Positions 9,500-18,078 of a stretch of DNA of 64,000 nucleotides are shown here, one piece after another (position 1 is the first letter of the stretch; every line of letters begins with the position of its first letter). The notes under the pieces are model-generated. The model did no database searches. It had not been told where the DNA came from and saw nothing but the letters and a program-made list of their open reading frames with translations. The stretch spans positions 1-64,000 of the forward strand of contig CAVZJB010000017.1 in NCBI GenBank assembly GCA_963775425.1. Direction: 5' to 3'. Origin of the DNA: an uncultured delta proteobacterium. Lineage in GTDB: Bacteria > Myxococcota > UBA727 > VGSZ01. Both the position numbers and the translations under genes were made by a program.

Positions 9500-10701
9500 G
9501 ACGACGTCACCGCGCTCTGGCCCATGTGCGCGCGCAACTGCTCGAGGCTGTCGCCGCCGAACTTCTCGAGGAGCGCGTCGGCGAGCACCACGCACGTCAC
9601 GGCTTCGGCCACCACGCTCGCGGCCGGCACCGCGCACGTGTCGCTGCGCTCGACGTGACCGCGCGCGCTCTCGCCCGTGTCGACGTCGACGCTCGGCAGC
9701 CCGCCCGCCACGGTGGACAGGGGCTTCATGCGCGCGCGCAGCGACAGCGGCATCCCGTTGCTCATCCCGCCCTCGATGCCGCCTGCGTGGTTGGTGGCGC
9801 GCCCACCAGGCTCCACGGCCACGATGGGATCGTGGAAGGTGCGCCCGCCGGACACCAGCGTCTCGGCGTCGCCGAAGGACACCGAGCGCACCGCGTGCAC
9901 CGACGCCACCGCCTCGGCCAGGCGCGCGGTGAGCCGCCAATCCCAGTGGGCGAAGTGGCCGAGTCCCACCGGCAGGCCGTCGGCGCGCACCTCGAACGCG
10001 CCCCCGAGGGTCTCGCCGGCGGCGCGCGCGGCGGCGATGGCCTCGAGCATTTGCGCGGCCGCCGCCTCGTCGACGCAGCGGATGGGCGAGCGATCGGCGC
10101 GGGCCGAGAGCGCGTCGGCTCTCTCGTCCACGCGCGGAGCGGCGTTCACCACGCCGATGTTGACGACGTGGCTGCCGACGACGACGCCGCAGGCCCCGAG
10201 GAGCTGCCGGCACACGGCGCCGACCGCCGTGCGCGCCGCGGTCTCCCGCGCGGAGGCGCGCTCGAGGACATCGCGGGCGTCGCGGGTGCCGAGCTTCTGC
10301 ATGCCGGCGAGGTCGGCGTGGCCGGGGCGCGGCACGGACACCGCCGCGGCGCGCGCGCGCGCGGCGACGTCGTCACCGTCGTCGTCGTCCTCGGAGGTGG
10401 CAGGGGGAACGTCGGCCCAGACGCCCATGACCTCGCGCCAGCGCGCGTGGTCCCGGTTTTCGATGACGAACGCGATGGGCGAGCCGAGGGTCAGGCCGCG
10501 GCGGACGCCGCCCTTGAAGTCGACGACGTCAGCCTCGATCTGCATGCGCGCGCTGCGGCCGAAGCCCGCGCGGCGCCGCGCCATGTCGTGCTGGATGGCG
10601 TCGCGATCGAGCCGCAGGCCGGCGGGCACTCCCTCGAGGATGCCCACGAGCGCGGGCCCGTGGCTCTCGCCGGCGGTGAGGAAGCGGAGGCGCGACAGCA
10701 C
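9496..10701 (-). CDS. aroC: Chorismate synthase
   Basis: TAGESHG, PRPGHAD, ERASARETA, NHAGGIEGGMSNG, ERSD. Confidence 0.96.
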   Translation of the reverse strand: MLSRLRFLTAGESHGPALVGILEGVPAGLRLDRDAIQHDMARRRAGFGRSARMQIEADVVDFKGGVRRGLTLGSPIAFVIENRDHARWREVMGVWADVPPATSEDDDDGDDVAARARAAAVSVPRPGHADLAGMQKLGTRDARDVLERASARETAARTAVGAVCRQLLGACGVVVGSHVVNIGVVNAAPRVDERADALSARADRSPIRCVDEAAAAQMLEAIAAARAAGETLGGAFEVRADGLPVGLGHFAHWDWRLTARLAEAVASVHAVRSVSFGDAETLVSGGRTFHDPIVAVEPGGRATNHAGGIEGGMSNGMPLSLRARMKPLSTVAGGLPSVDVDTGESARGHVERSDTCAVPAASVVAEAVTCVVLADALLEKFGGDSLEQLRAHMGQSAVTSS

Positions 10702-10710
10702 ATGCGCTTG

Positions 10711-11991
10711 TTATCGCTCGCGAGCAGGCGCGTCGAGCGCGGCGAGGAACCCGGGGAAGCTCGTTCGCTCGCACCCGGGGACGTCGAGGACGACGTCGGC
10801 GCCGCACGCGTGGCCGAGCGCGTGCGCCGCCATCGCCAGGCGGTGATCGCCGTCGGTGCGCACGTGCACACGCGACCGCGGGCGCGGCCGGCCGCCTTCG
10901 ATCACGAGCGTGTCGTCCTGGACGGACGCCCCGCCACCGAACGCGCGCGCGAGCTCGACGAGGCGCGCGAGCCTGTCGCTCTCCTTGTGGCGCAGCTCGC
11001 CGACGCCGCGGAGCGCGCTCGTGCCCGAAGCGCACAGGGCGACGGCGACGAGCGCCGGGATCTCGTCGACGAGGTCGGGTACGCCGGCGGCCTCGACGAC
11101 GACGGGCGCGAGCGCCCCCGAAGGGCGCACGACGACCGCGCCGCACGGCTCGCCCATGCGCTCCTCGTCGACACGCAGCTCCACGCGGGCGCCCATGCGC
11201 TGCAGGGCGCGAAAGAAGCCTGTGCGGCGCGGGTTCACCACGACGTCCTCGGCGCCGAACGGCGCGCCGACGATCACCGCGTGCGCCGCGAGCAGCGCGG
11301 CCGACGAGACGTCGCCCGGCAGCGCCACGTCGAAGCCCTCCCACGCGAGCGGCACCTCGAGCACGGCCTCCGTCGGCGTGGGGCCCGCCCCCGTGGCGCG
11401 CGCCGCGCGCGGCCCGCACAGCCACGCGAGCATGCGCTCGGTGTGGTCGCGCGTGGGGACCCGTTCCCGCACGCACACGACGCCGGCGAAGCGGCGGGCG
11501 GCCAACAGGAGCGCCGACTTCACGTGCGCGCTGGGCGCGCCCGTGTCCACGTCGATGCGCGCGCGGGCCGCGGGCGCGCGCGGGAGCACGCGCGCCGGCA
11601 GCGTCCCGCCCTCCGCGAGCGCCACGACGGGCGCGCCGAACAGCGCCGCCAGCGGCTCGGCCACGCGGCGCATCGGCCGGCGCGACAACGACGCGTCGCC
11701 GACGACGTCGGCGGCGACGCCCTCGCCGGCGAGCGCCCCGAGGAGCAGGCGCGCGAGGGTCCCGCTGTTGCCGCAGTCGAGCGGCCCCCCGGGCGCGACC
11801 CACTTCGCCGCCGGCTCCACCGTCACCGCCCGGCCTCGCGCGGGGACGCGGGCGCCGAGCGCGACGACGCACGCGAGGGTCCGCGCGACGTCGTCGCCGT
11901 CGGGGAGGTCGGCGATGCGCGACGGCGTCCGCGCCAGTGACGCGAGCAACAGCGCGCGGTGGGCCAGCGACTTGTCGCCCGGGAGCTTCAC
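10711..11991 (-). CDS. aroA: 3-phosphoshikimate 1-carboxyvinyltransferase (EPSP synthase)
   Basis: PGDKSLAHRA, DCGNSGT, SLSRRPM, RDHTERM, ELRHKESDR, DHRLAMA. Start taken at the GTG just after the upstream stop (uncertain). Confidence 0.93.
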   Translation of the reverse strand: MKLPGDKSLAHRALLLASLARTPSRIADLPDGDDVARTLACVVALGARVPARGRAVTVEPAAKWVAPGGPLDCGNSGTLARLLLGALAGEGVAADVVGDASLSRRPMRRVAEPLAALFGAPVVALAEGGTLPARVLPRAPAARARIDVDTGAPSAHVKSALLLAARRFAGVVCVRERVPTRDHTERMLAWLCGPRAARATGAGPTPTEAVLEVPLAWEGFDVALPGDVSSAALLAAHAVIVGAPFGAEDVVVNPRRTGFFRALQRMGARVELRVDEERMGEPCGAVVVRPSGALAPVVVEAAGVPDLVDEIPALVAVALCASGTSALRGVGELRHKESDRLARLVELARAFGGGASVQDDTLVIEGGRPRPRSRVHVRTDGDHRLAMAAHALGHACGADVVLDVPGCERTSFPGFLAALDAPARER

Positions 11992-11995
11992 GGCG

Positions 11996-14944
11996 TCATT
12001 CGACGTCGGCGCCCTCGACGCACTCGACGCCGAGCGAGCGCAGCCCGTCAACGACCTGCTGGGCCACCTCGCTCGCGCGCTGCCCGAGGGGGAGGCGCAG
12101 GCTCACCTCGGGCATGTCGTCGAAGCGGTGGTCCGAGCTGATGATCAAGATGCGCGGCGGGTGCTGCGACGACTCGTAGACCTGCTCGAGGCCCTCGCGC
12201 GTCGCGTCGTCCGGGCGCGGCCGCACGAGCACCAGGGCCTCGATGCGATCGAGATCGGGGAGCATGGCCGCCTGCGTCGCGTCCGCGGCCTCGACGAGCT
12301 CGCGCACACGCGGCGACAAGTGCTTGCGCAGCCGGTCGCGCGCCTTGGCGTCCTCGACCACGAGCCCGACGACGCCGCTGCCGCCTTTTTCCTGGGCGGC
12401 GTGGCCGTTGCCGATGGCGACCTCGAGGCTGTCCTCGAGCTCGACGGTGGCGCCCGTCGGCGGGTGATCGTCGAAGGCGCCCGTCGACGACGCCGGCGAC
12501 GGCGTGTGCGGCGCGGGCGCGTCCGACGTACCCGTCGAGAAGACGTCGCTGTCCGCGGAGTTGGCGACGCTGTTGCGCCCATCCACGAACCGCCCCGCCT
12601 GCAGCCCGCCCACCTGCGTGGCCTCACCGGGCAAAGACACGAGGTCTCCGAGGGCGGCGCGCACATCGGCGAGCGACACCCCCTCGTCCGACGCGCGCGT
12701 GGGCGGCGGCGGCGCGTTCGGCGCGGCGACCGCGACGTCGACGTCGACGTCGACGTCGACGTCCTCGCCGGCTGCGGCGAACGCCTCGTCGTCGGAGACC
12801 TCCTCGACCTCCATGCTCGCGAGCACGGGCAACGACGACGCCGCGCTGGCGGAGCCGTGCTCGCCCGTGGCGCCGATGAGCGTGGGCGGGCGCGGCGGCT
12901 GCTGCTGCTGCGCCTGATGCGCCTGTTGCGCCTGCTGCGCCGCGATCCGCTCGCGCAGCTCCGCGGCGCGTTCGCGCAAGGCGCGCGCCTCTTCTTCGAG
13001 CGCGCCGGCGCGCGCCTCGAGGGCGTCGGGGTCCTCGCCGTCGAGCTCCTCGTCCGTGCGCTTGTGGATCGACGCCGCGCGAATGCCGGCGAGCGACACC
13101 GCGCGCGTCTCGACCTCGTCCTGATCCACCGAGAGCTCGTCGTCCGGCGGAGGCGGCGCGGACTCGGGCGTCGGCGGCGGCGAGGCCGCCGTCGCGGTCT
13201 CCTCTACGGCGAGGTCGTCGTCGTCCTCGCCTGGCTCCGCCGCGCTGATGGGCGGCGGCAGCGCGTCTTCGTCCTCGGCGGAGATGGACACCGTCCCGCG
13301 CGTGGGGACGTGCGTGGCGGGCTCCTCCTCGGCCTCCATCGTCCGCGGACCGCTGGGCCGGCTCTCGAAGCCCTCGCCGTCGTCGAAGCCGCGCGCGATG
13401 GACTCGAGGTCCTCGTCCGACGTGCGCGTCGGCTTGAGCGTCATCGTCGGCGCCGACGACGGCATCGACGTCGGCGGCACGAGCGGCTCGTCCGGGGTGT
13501 TCACCGACGTCGGCGCGGGCTCGTTTTCGTCGGCGTCCGCGGGCAGCGCCGGGAAGTCGTCGACGCGGAGCTGCGGGCGCGGCGGCGGCTCGAACGGCGC
13601 CGTCACCCGCGCCTGCGACGCGCGCGGCATCGTCTGATGCGTGTCCTGCGCCGCCAACAGGCTCATCGCGCTCACGGTGGGCTCGTCGTACGCGTCGTGC
13701 TCCTCCTCGGAGCTCACCGGCGGCGGCGCGTCTTCGGCGTCGAGCGGCGACTGGAGGGTCCCGGGCTCGATGGCGCCATCGTCACGGGCGGCGGCGGCGA
13801 GGACGTCGGCGGCGATCTCGGCGTCGCCGAGCTCGTCGTCCTCGCTCACCACTTCGGCTTCGTCGCCGGCGTCGCCCTCGCTCCCGGCGACGGGGGTGTC
13901 GTACCCGCCCGTCTCATCCTCTTCCTCCTCGGCGTCGACGGGCGCGTCGTCGCCGGTCGGGGCGTCCCCGCCGGCGTCAGCGGCCTCCCCGCCGCCGTCC
14001 AGGGCCGCCAGGAGCGACGACGGCTTGCGCGGCGAGCTGTACGTCGCCGTGCGGGGCTCGTCGTCGTCGCCGTCGGCGGCGATGGGCGGCGCGCTCTCGA
14101 CGGCGGGGACGCTGAGCGTGGGCTCGACGGCGTCGCCCTCCGCGATCTCCGGCTCGTCTTCGATGGGATCGGCCTCGTCGCTGGCGTCGATGAGCTCGTC
14201 CACGTCGTCGTCGTCGTCGCTGTCGCCGAGCGCCGCGTGGAGCTCGGCGAGCTGCTCGTCGGACAGGTTCCGCGTGGCGTTGCCGGTCTTGTTGCCGTTG
14301 TCGCCCTGCGTGGTGACCGAGCCTTCGTCCTGCCACTCGCCGTCGCCGTCGTCAGCCATGTCGACGTCGACGTCGAAGCTCTCGCTCGACGAGAGCAACC
14401 CGCTCGCCTCGAGGCGCTCGAGGAGCTGTGCCAGCTTCTTTCCCACCTGCTCGGCGTCGGCGTCGTCGGGCGCGCTGACGGCGCGCGCCATCTCCGCGGG
14501 GATCTCGTGGCCGTCGGCGCTCTCGAGGACGAGGTCACCGTTTGGGTCGATGGCGACCTGGAGCGCCCGCCCCGCCACCGACGTCCGCGCGCGCGCCCGC
14601 GGCTCGGGCGCGACGAGCCGCGCCTTGAGGCCGAGGCGCTTGAGCGTCTCCATGTCGTCGTCGAGGCGCGCGCGCATGGCGTCGTGCGCCTCGACGACGG
14701 CGGTCAGGAGCGCCTCGGCGGTCTCGACGCCGGGGAGCCAGAGCGTGCCGCACGCCGCGAGCTCCGGCGGCGCCTCGAACGCGAAGGCCTCGGGCGAGGA
14801 GACCTCGACGACGGCCTCGCCCGCGAGATCTCCGCCGAACACGGACTGCATGTCGAGCAGCGACAGGTCGAGCGCGAGGCGCTGCGCGTCACGCCCCGCT
14901 TTCGCCCCAAGGGCGAGCAGCACGTCGTGGATCGACCCGCTCAT
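11996..14944 (-). CDS. 982-aa acidic, Pro-rich, largely disordered protein with a short coiled coil and a C-terminal degenerate receiver-like domain
   Basis: GC3-biased ORF; D/E/P/A-rich centre; LEARAGALEEEARALRERAAELRERIAA coil; C-terminal alpha/beta pattern VGLVVED...ALVLV...ILIISS. Confidence 0.75.
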   Translation of the reverse strand: MSGSIHDVLLALGAKAGRDAQRLALDLSLLDMQSVFGGDLAGEAVVEVSSPEAFAFEAPPELAACGTLWLPGVETAEALLTAVVEAHDAMRARLDDDMETLKRLGLKARLVAPEPRARARTSVAGRALQVAIDPNGDLVLESADGHEIPAEMARAVSAPDDADAEQVGKKLAQLLERLEASGLLSSSESFDVDVDMADDGDGEWQDEGSVTTQGDNGNKTGNATRNLSDEQLAELHAALGDSDDDDDVDELIDASDEADPIEDEPEIAEGDAVEPTLSVPAVESAPPIAADGDDDEPRTATYSSPRKPSSLLAALDGGGEAADAGGDAPTGDDAPVDAEEEEDETGGYDTPVAGSEGDAGDEAEVVSEDDELGDAEIAADVLAAAARDDGAIEPGTLQSPLDAEDAPPPVSSEEEHDAYDEPTVSAMSLLAAQDTHQTMPRASQARVTAPFEPPPRPQLRVDDFPALPADADENEPAPTSVNTPDEPLVPPTSMPSSAPTMTLKPTRTSDEDLESIARGFDDGEGFESRPSGPRTMEAEEEPATHVPTRGTVSISAEDEDALPPPISAAEPGEDDDDLAVEETATAASPPPTPESAPPPPDDELSVDQDEVETRAVSLAGIRAASIHKRTDEELDGEDPDALEARAGALEEEARALRERAAELRERIAAQQAQQAHQAQQQQPPRPPTLIGATGEHGSASAASSLPVLASMEVEEVSDDEAFAAAGEDVDVDVDVDVAVAAPNAPPPPTRASDEGVSLADVRAALGDLVSLPGEATQVGGLQAGRFVDGRNSVANSADSDVFSTGTSDAPAPHTPSPASSTGAFDDHPPTGATVELEDSLEVAIGNGHAAQEKGGSGVVGLVVEDAKARDRLRKHLSPRVRELVEAADATQAAMLPDLDRIEALVLVRPRPDDATREGLEQVYESSQHPPRILIISSDHRFDDMPEVSLRLPLGQRASEVAQQVVDGLRSLGVECVEGADVE

Positions 14945-15037
14945 GCGGGCACTCTATCCCCAAGGCGTTGGCGCCGCGAAAGTCCTGCCGCGCCCCGTCT
15001 CGACGTGGGCCTACATCTGCCGACAGCCGTGGAAGGC

Positions 15038-15844
15038 TCAAGCGAGCGCCGCGGCCCGCACCTCGCGCACGGCGCGGCGCACGCGGCCGTCGCTGTCGGC
15101 GACGAGCCGGTCGAGGCGGGCGGCGTCGCGGGCGCTCCCGTGGCGGCCGAGGATGACCACCCCGAGGGCGCGCACGGCGGCGGCGGCGTCGTCGAGCGCG
15201 TTGCGCGCCGCGGCGCACGCGGAGGCGCCGCCGACGACGAGGAGCGCGGCGAGGGCGGCGCAGCGCACGTCGACGTCGTCGTCGGCGCTCATGTGGAGAA
15301 AGGTGGAGGCCAGGCGGCGGCCGCCGTCGAGCGCGCGCAGGGCGACGACGCCGGCCTTGCGCACGCGCGCGTCGTCGTCGTCGAGGAGGTTGGACACGGC
15401 GCCGACGACGCTGGCGTCCCCGACGGCCGCGAGGGCGCCGGCGGCGGCGATGCGCGTGCGCGCCGACGAGGAGCGGAGGGCCCGCACGAGGGCCGGGACG
15501 GCCTCGAGGTGGCGGGGGGCGGCGAGGGCGGAGGCGGCGACGGCCCGATCCGCCTCGTCGTCGCCGTCGAGGCGCTCGAGCAGCGTCCCGGTCCAGGGCG
15601 CGGGGAGGGAGGCGACGGCGGCGCCGAGCGCGATGCGGCGGTCGATGCCGACGGAGCGGTCGAAGAGGCGGGCGGCGAGGGTGGGCAGGACGGGGGTGAC
15701 CGACTCGGGCGAGGCGACGCCGAGGACGCTCACCCAGGCGAACGCGCGCCGGCACCGGGCCTCGTCCACGCCGTCGAGAGCGGCCAGCAACGCCTGGGGC
15801 AGGGAGGGCTCGCCCTCGGAAGAAGACGACGGGCTGTTCGACAT
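15038..15844 (-). CDS. HEAT/PBS-lyase repeat protein
   Basis: Repeated LxDxDxxVRxxAxxAL units. Confidence 0.8.
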   Translation of the reverse strand: MSNSPSSSSEGEPSLPQALLAALDGVDEARCRRAFAWVSVLGVASPESVTPVLPTLAARLFDRSVGIDRRIALGAAVASLPAPWTGTLLERLDGDDEADRAVAASALAAPRHLEAVPALVRALRSSSARTRIAAAGALAAVGDASVVGAVSNLLDDDDARVRKAGVVALRALDGGRRLASTFLHMSADDDVDVRCAALAALLVVGGASACAAARNALDDAAAAVRALGVVILGRHGSARDAARLDRLVADSDGRVRRAVREVRAAALA

Positions 15845-15909
15845 GCGGCTCCCGGAAGGGCGCTCACCGTACCCGCCCCTGCCCCCCTGTCAACGCTCGG
15901 TTGGTCATC

Positions 15910-15938
15910 TTGACGAGAAGCCCCGCGGATGCTTCAGT
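15910..15938 (+). promoter_or_regulatory. Candidate sigma70 promoter for tRNA-Asn
   Basis: TTGACG-17 nt-TTCAGT, 13 nt before the tRNA. Confidence 0.45.
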
Positions 15939-15951
15939 GGCGCCTTCGCAA

Positions 15952-16027
15952 TCCGGCATAGCTCAGTTGGTAGAGCATGTGACTGTTAATCACAGGGTCC
16001 CTGGTTCGAGCCCAGGTGCCGGAGCCA
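15952..16027 (+). tRNA. tRNA-Asn(GTT)
   Basis: TCCGGCATAGCTCAGTTGGTAGAGCATGTGACTGTTAATCACAGGGTCCCTGGTTCGAGCCCAGGTGCCGGAGCCA. Confidence 0.97.
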
Positions 16028-16068
16028 TCCCTCCTTGCGAGCCTCGGGAGAGGCGTGAGGAAACACAG

Positions 16069-16107
16069 CGGCCTCGGAGAGCGATCTCCGGGGCCGTCGC
16101 GTTTTTC
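16069..16107 (+). terminator. Hairpin plus T-run after tRNA-Asn
   Basis: CGGCCTCGGAGA-GCGA-TCTCCGGGGCCG then TCGCGTTTTT; lies between convergent genes. Confidence 0.6.
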
Positions 16108-16117
16108 CAGGGAGCGC

Positions 16118-16480
16118 TCACGACACGTGTCGTTTGATCTCGGCGACGAGCGCCTCGAGCGCGATCGGCTTCGGCAGACAGCCCGCGGCGCCGAGGATGC
16201 TCGCCTTCTCCTCGGTCCTTCCGTCGGCGCTCATGACGACGACGGGGATGGTGGCGAGCGCCGGATCCCGCTTCAGCTCCGCGTGCATCTGCCAGCCGTC
16301 CATCACCGGCATCATCAGGTCGAGGAGGATGAGCGCGGGCCTCTCGCGGCGGACCTTCTCGAGCCCGTCGACGCCGTTGTGGGCGGCTTCGGCGGTGTAG
16401 CCCTCGTCGTCCAACGCCTCGATGAGGATGGGCGCGAGCTCCTCGTCGTCTTCGACGATCAAGATTCGTCCCGTGCTCAT
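16118..16480 (-). CDS. Single-domain response regulator
   Basis: ILIVEDD, LILLDLMMP, MSA, KP; ATGA overlap with the kinase. Confidence 0.9.
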   Translation of the reverse strand: MSTGRILIVEDDEELAPILIEALDDEGYTAEAAHNGVDGLEKVRRERPALILLDLMMPVMDGWQMHAELKRDPALATIPVVVMSADGRTEEKASILGAAGCLPKPIALEALVAEIKRHVS

Positions 16481-18030
16481 GGCGTCGCCTCCGCCTGTTG
16501 CTCGAAGGGTCGCGGCTCCAGCGGGAGCACGACGATGAACGACGCCCCGGCCCCGGGCGCGCTCTCGACGCGGATCTTCCCCCCGTGTGCCTCCACGATC
16601 TGACGCGTGATGTACAAGCCGAGGCCGAGGCCGCCGGTGTCGATGGCGCCGCGCGCGAAGCGATCGAAGATGCGGCCCTGCTCCTCGATGGCGATGCCGG
16701 GGCCGTGGTCGCGCACCACCAGCGTCGCCTCGCTCTGGTTGGCCGCCACGGTCACCTCGAGGGGCGGGCTGCCGTACTTCGCGGCGTTGCTGATGAGGCT
16801 GGCCAGCACCTCTTCGAGCCGGAGGCGGTCCCAACGGCCCACGACGCCCGGCTGGACGTCGAGCTCCACCGTCGTCCGCGTGCGGGTGATGGCGGCGTTC
16901 AACCTGTCGAGGACGTCGCGCACCAGTTGCGACAGATCGACGTCCTCCGCTTCGAGCTGAAGGCGCCCCGAGTTGATCCGGGAGATGTCGAGGAGCTCGT
17001 CGATGAGGCGCCCGAGGCGGGACGCCTGTCGCGCGATGACCTCGAGGCCGGCGACGAGCGGCACCGACGGCGGCCCGCCGCGGCGCGCCTGCCGCAGGAG
17101 CAGGTCGAGCTTGAGCGTGAGCGCCGACAAGGGCGTCTTGAGCTCGTGGGAGGCGGCGGAGAGGAACTCGTCGCGCGCGTGGAGGGCGTCGTTGAGCTCG
17201 CCGACGAGGCGCGCGGCCTCGTGCTCGATGCGCTTCCTCTCGGTGATGTCGCGCTCCGTGGTGGCGATGAACGCGGTGTTGCCATCGGCGTCCATGAGGC
17301 GCGTCACCGTCAGTGAGACGTCGATCTCGCGGCCGTCCTTGGCGCGCCTGCGGGTCTCCAAAGGGCCGTCCCCCTCGCCGCGCACCACCGCCGCTCGGAA
17401 GGCTCGCGCACGCTCCTGCTCGCCCTCGGGCCAAAGGACGTCGACGTTCATCGCGAGCGCCTCCGCCTCCGAGTAGCCATACATGCGCTCGGCGCCCCGG
17501 TTCCATTCGAGGATCGCTCCGCCGAGGTCCTGGAGCGTGATGGCGTCGTTGGAGTCGTGCAGCACCGTCGCCAGCCGTCGCCTCGCGATGTCCGCCTGCT
17601 TGCGCGCGGTGACGTCGCGCTCGGTGGTCGCCACCGCGAGCGGCCGACCCTCTTCGTCGACGAGCAGCCTGGCGGTGAGGGCCACGTCGAGCACGCGGCC
17701 GTCCTTGGCGCGGCGGCGGACCTCGAGAGACGTCGACGAGCGCCCGCCGTCGCTCCCGTCGCTCGAGCTGCCCGGCGAGGTGAGCAGGCGGCGGCGCGTG
17801 TCGACGCGAGTGCCGTCCGGCAGGAGCGCCGAGACGTTCATCCCCACCGCCTCGGACTCCGTGTAGCCGTAGAGCCGCTCGGCGCCGGGGCTCCACGCGA
17901 CGATGGTGCCGTCAAGGTCTTGCATGGTCACGGCGTCGTTTGCGTCGCTGGCTCGCCGCCCGTCCCGCAACGCCAACACGAGCTCGCGCAGCTCATCGTG
18001 CACGTCCGCCACGTCTCTCTCCCGGCTCAT
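16477..18030 (-). CDS. Cytoplasmic PAS-PAS sensor histidine kinase
   Basis: Two PAS repeats (W..GAER.YGY...EA), ASHELKTP H-box, NAAKY, DHGPGI, GLGLGL. Confidence 0.92.
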   Translation of the reverse strand: MSRERDVADVHDELRELVLALRDGRRASDANDAVTMQDLDGTIVAWSPGAERLYGYTESEAVGMNVSALLPDGTRVDTRRRLLTSPGSSSDGSDGGRSSTSLEVRRRAKDGRVLDVALTARLLVDEEGRPLAVATTERDVTARKQADIARRRLATVLHDSNDAITLQDLGGAILEWNRGAERMYGYSEAEALAMNVDVLWPEGEQERARAFRAAVVRGEGDGPLETRRRAKDGREIDVSLTVTRLMDADGNTAFIATTERDITERKRIEHEAARLVGELNDALHARDEFLSAASHELKTPLSALTLKLDLLLRQARRGGPPSVPLVAGLEVIARQASRLGRLIDELLDISRINSGRLQLEAEDVDLSQLVRDVLDRLNAAITRTRTTVELDVQPGVVGRWDRLRLEEVLASLISNAAKYGSPPLEVTVAANQSEATLVVRDHGPGIAIEEQGRIFDRFARGAIDTGGLGLGLYITRQIVEAHGGKIRVESAPGAGASFIVVLPLEPRPFEQQAEATP

Positions 18031-18078
18031 GCCTGGTCCTACCGACGGGCCGCGCCGGCGCCCACGACGACCGGACGC

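Noticed and set aside
12733-12763. (GACGTC)n hexamer run
   Set aside because: Encodes DVDVDVDV within the low-complexity acidic protein; not an independent element.
10856-15913. 1685-aa plus-strand ORF (likewise 27711-33077, 4782-8198, 17557-20556, 22561-25494)
   Set aside because: Antisense shadows of real genes in GC-rich DNA; Arg/Gly/Ala-rich with no motifs.
16028-18030. Possible island integrated at tRNA-Asn
   Set aside because: No integrase and no duplicate of the tRNA 3' end seen in the window.
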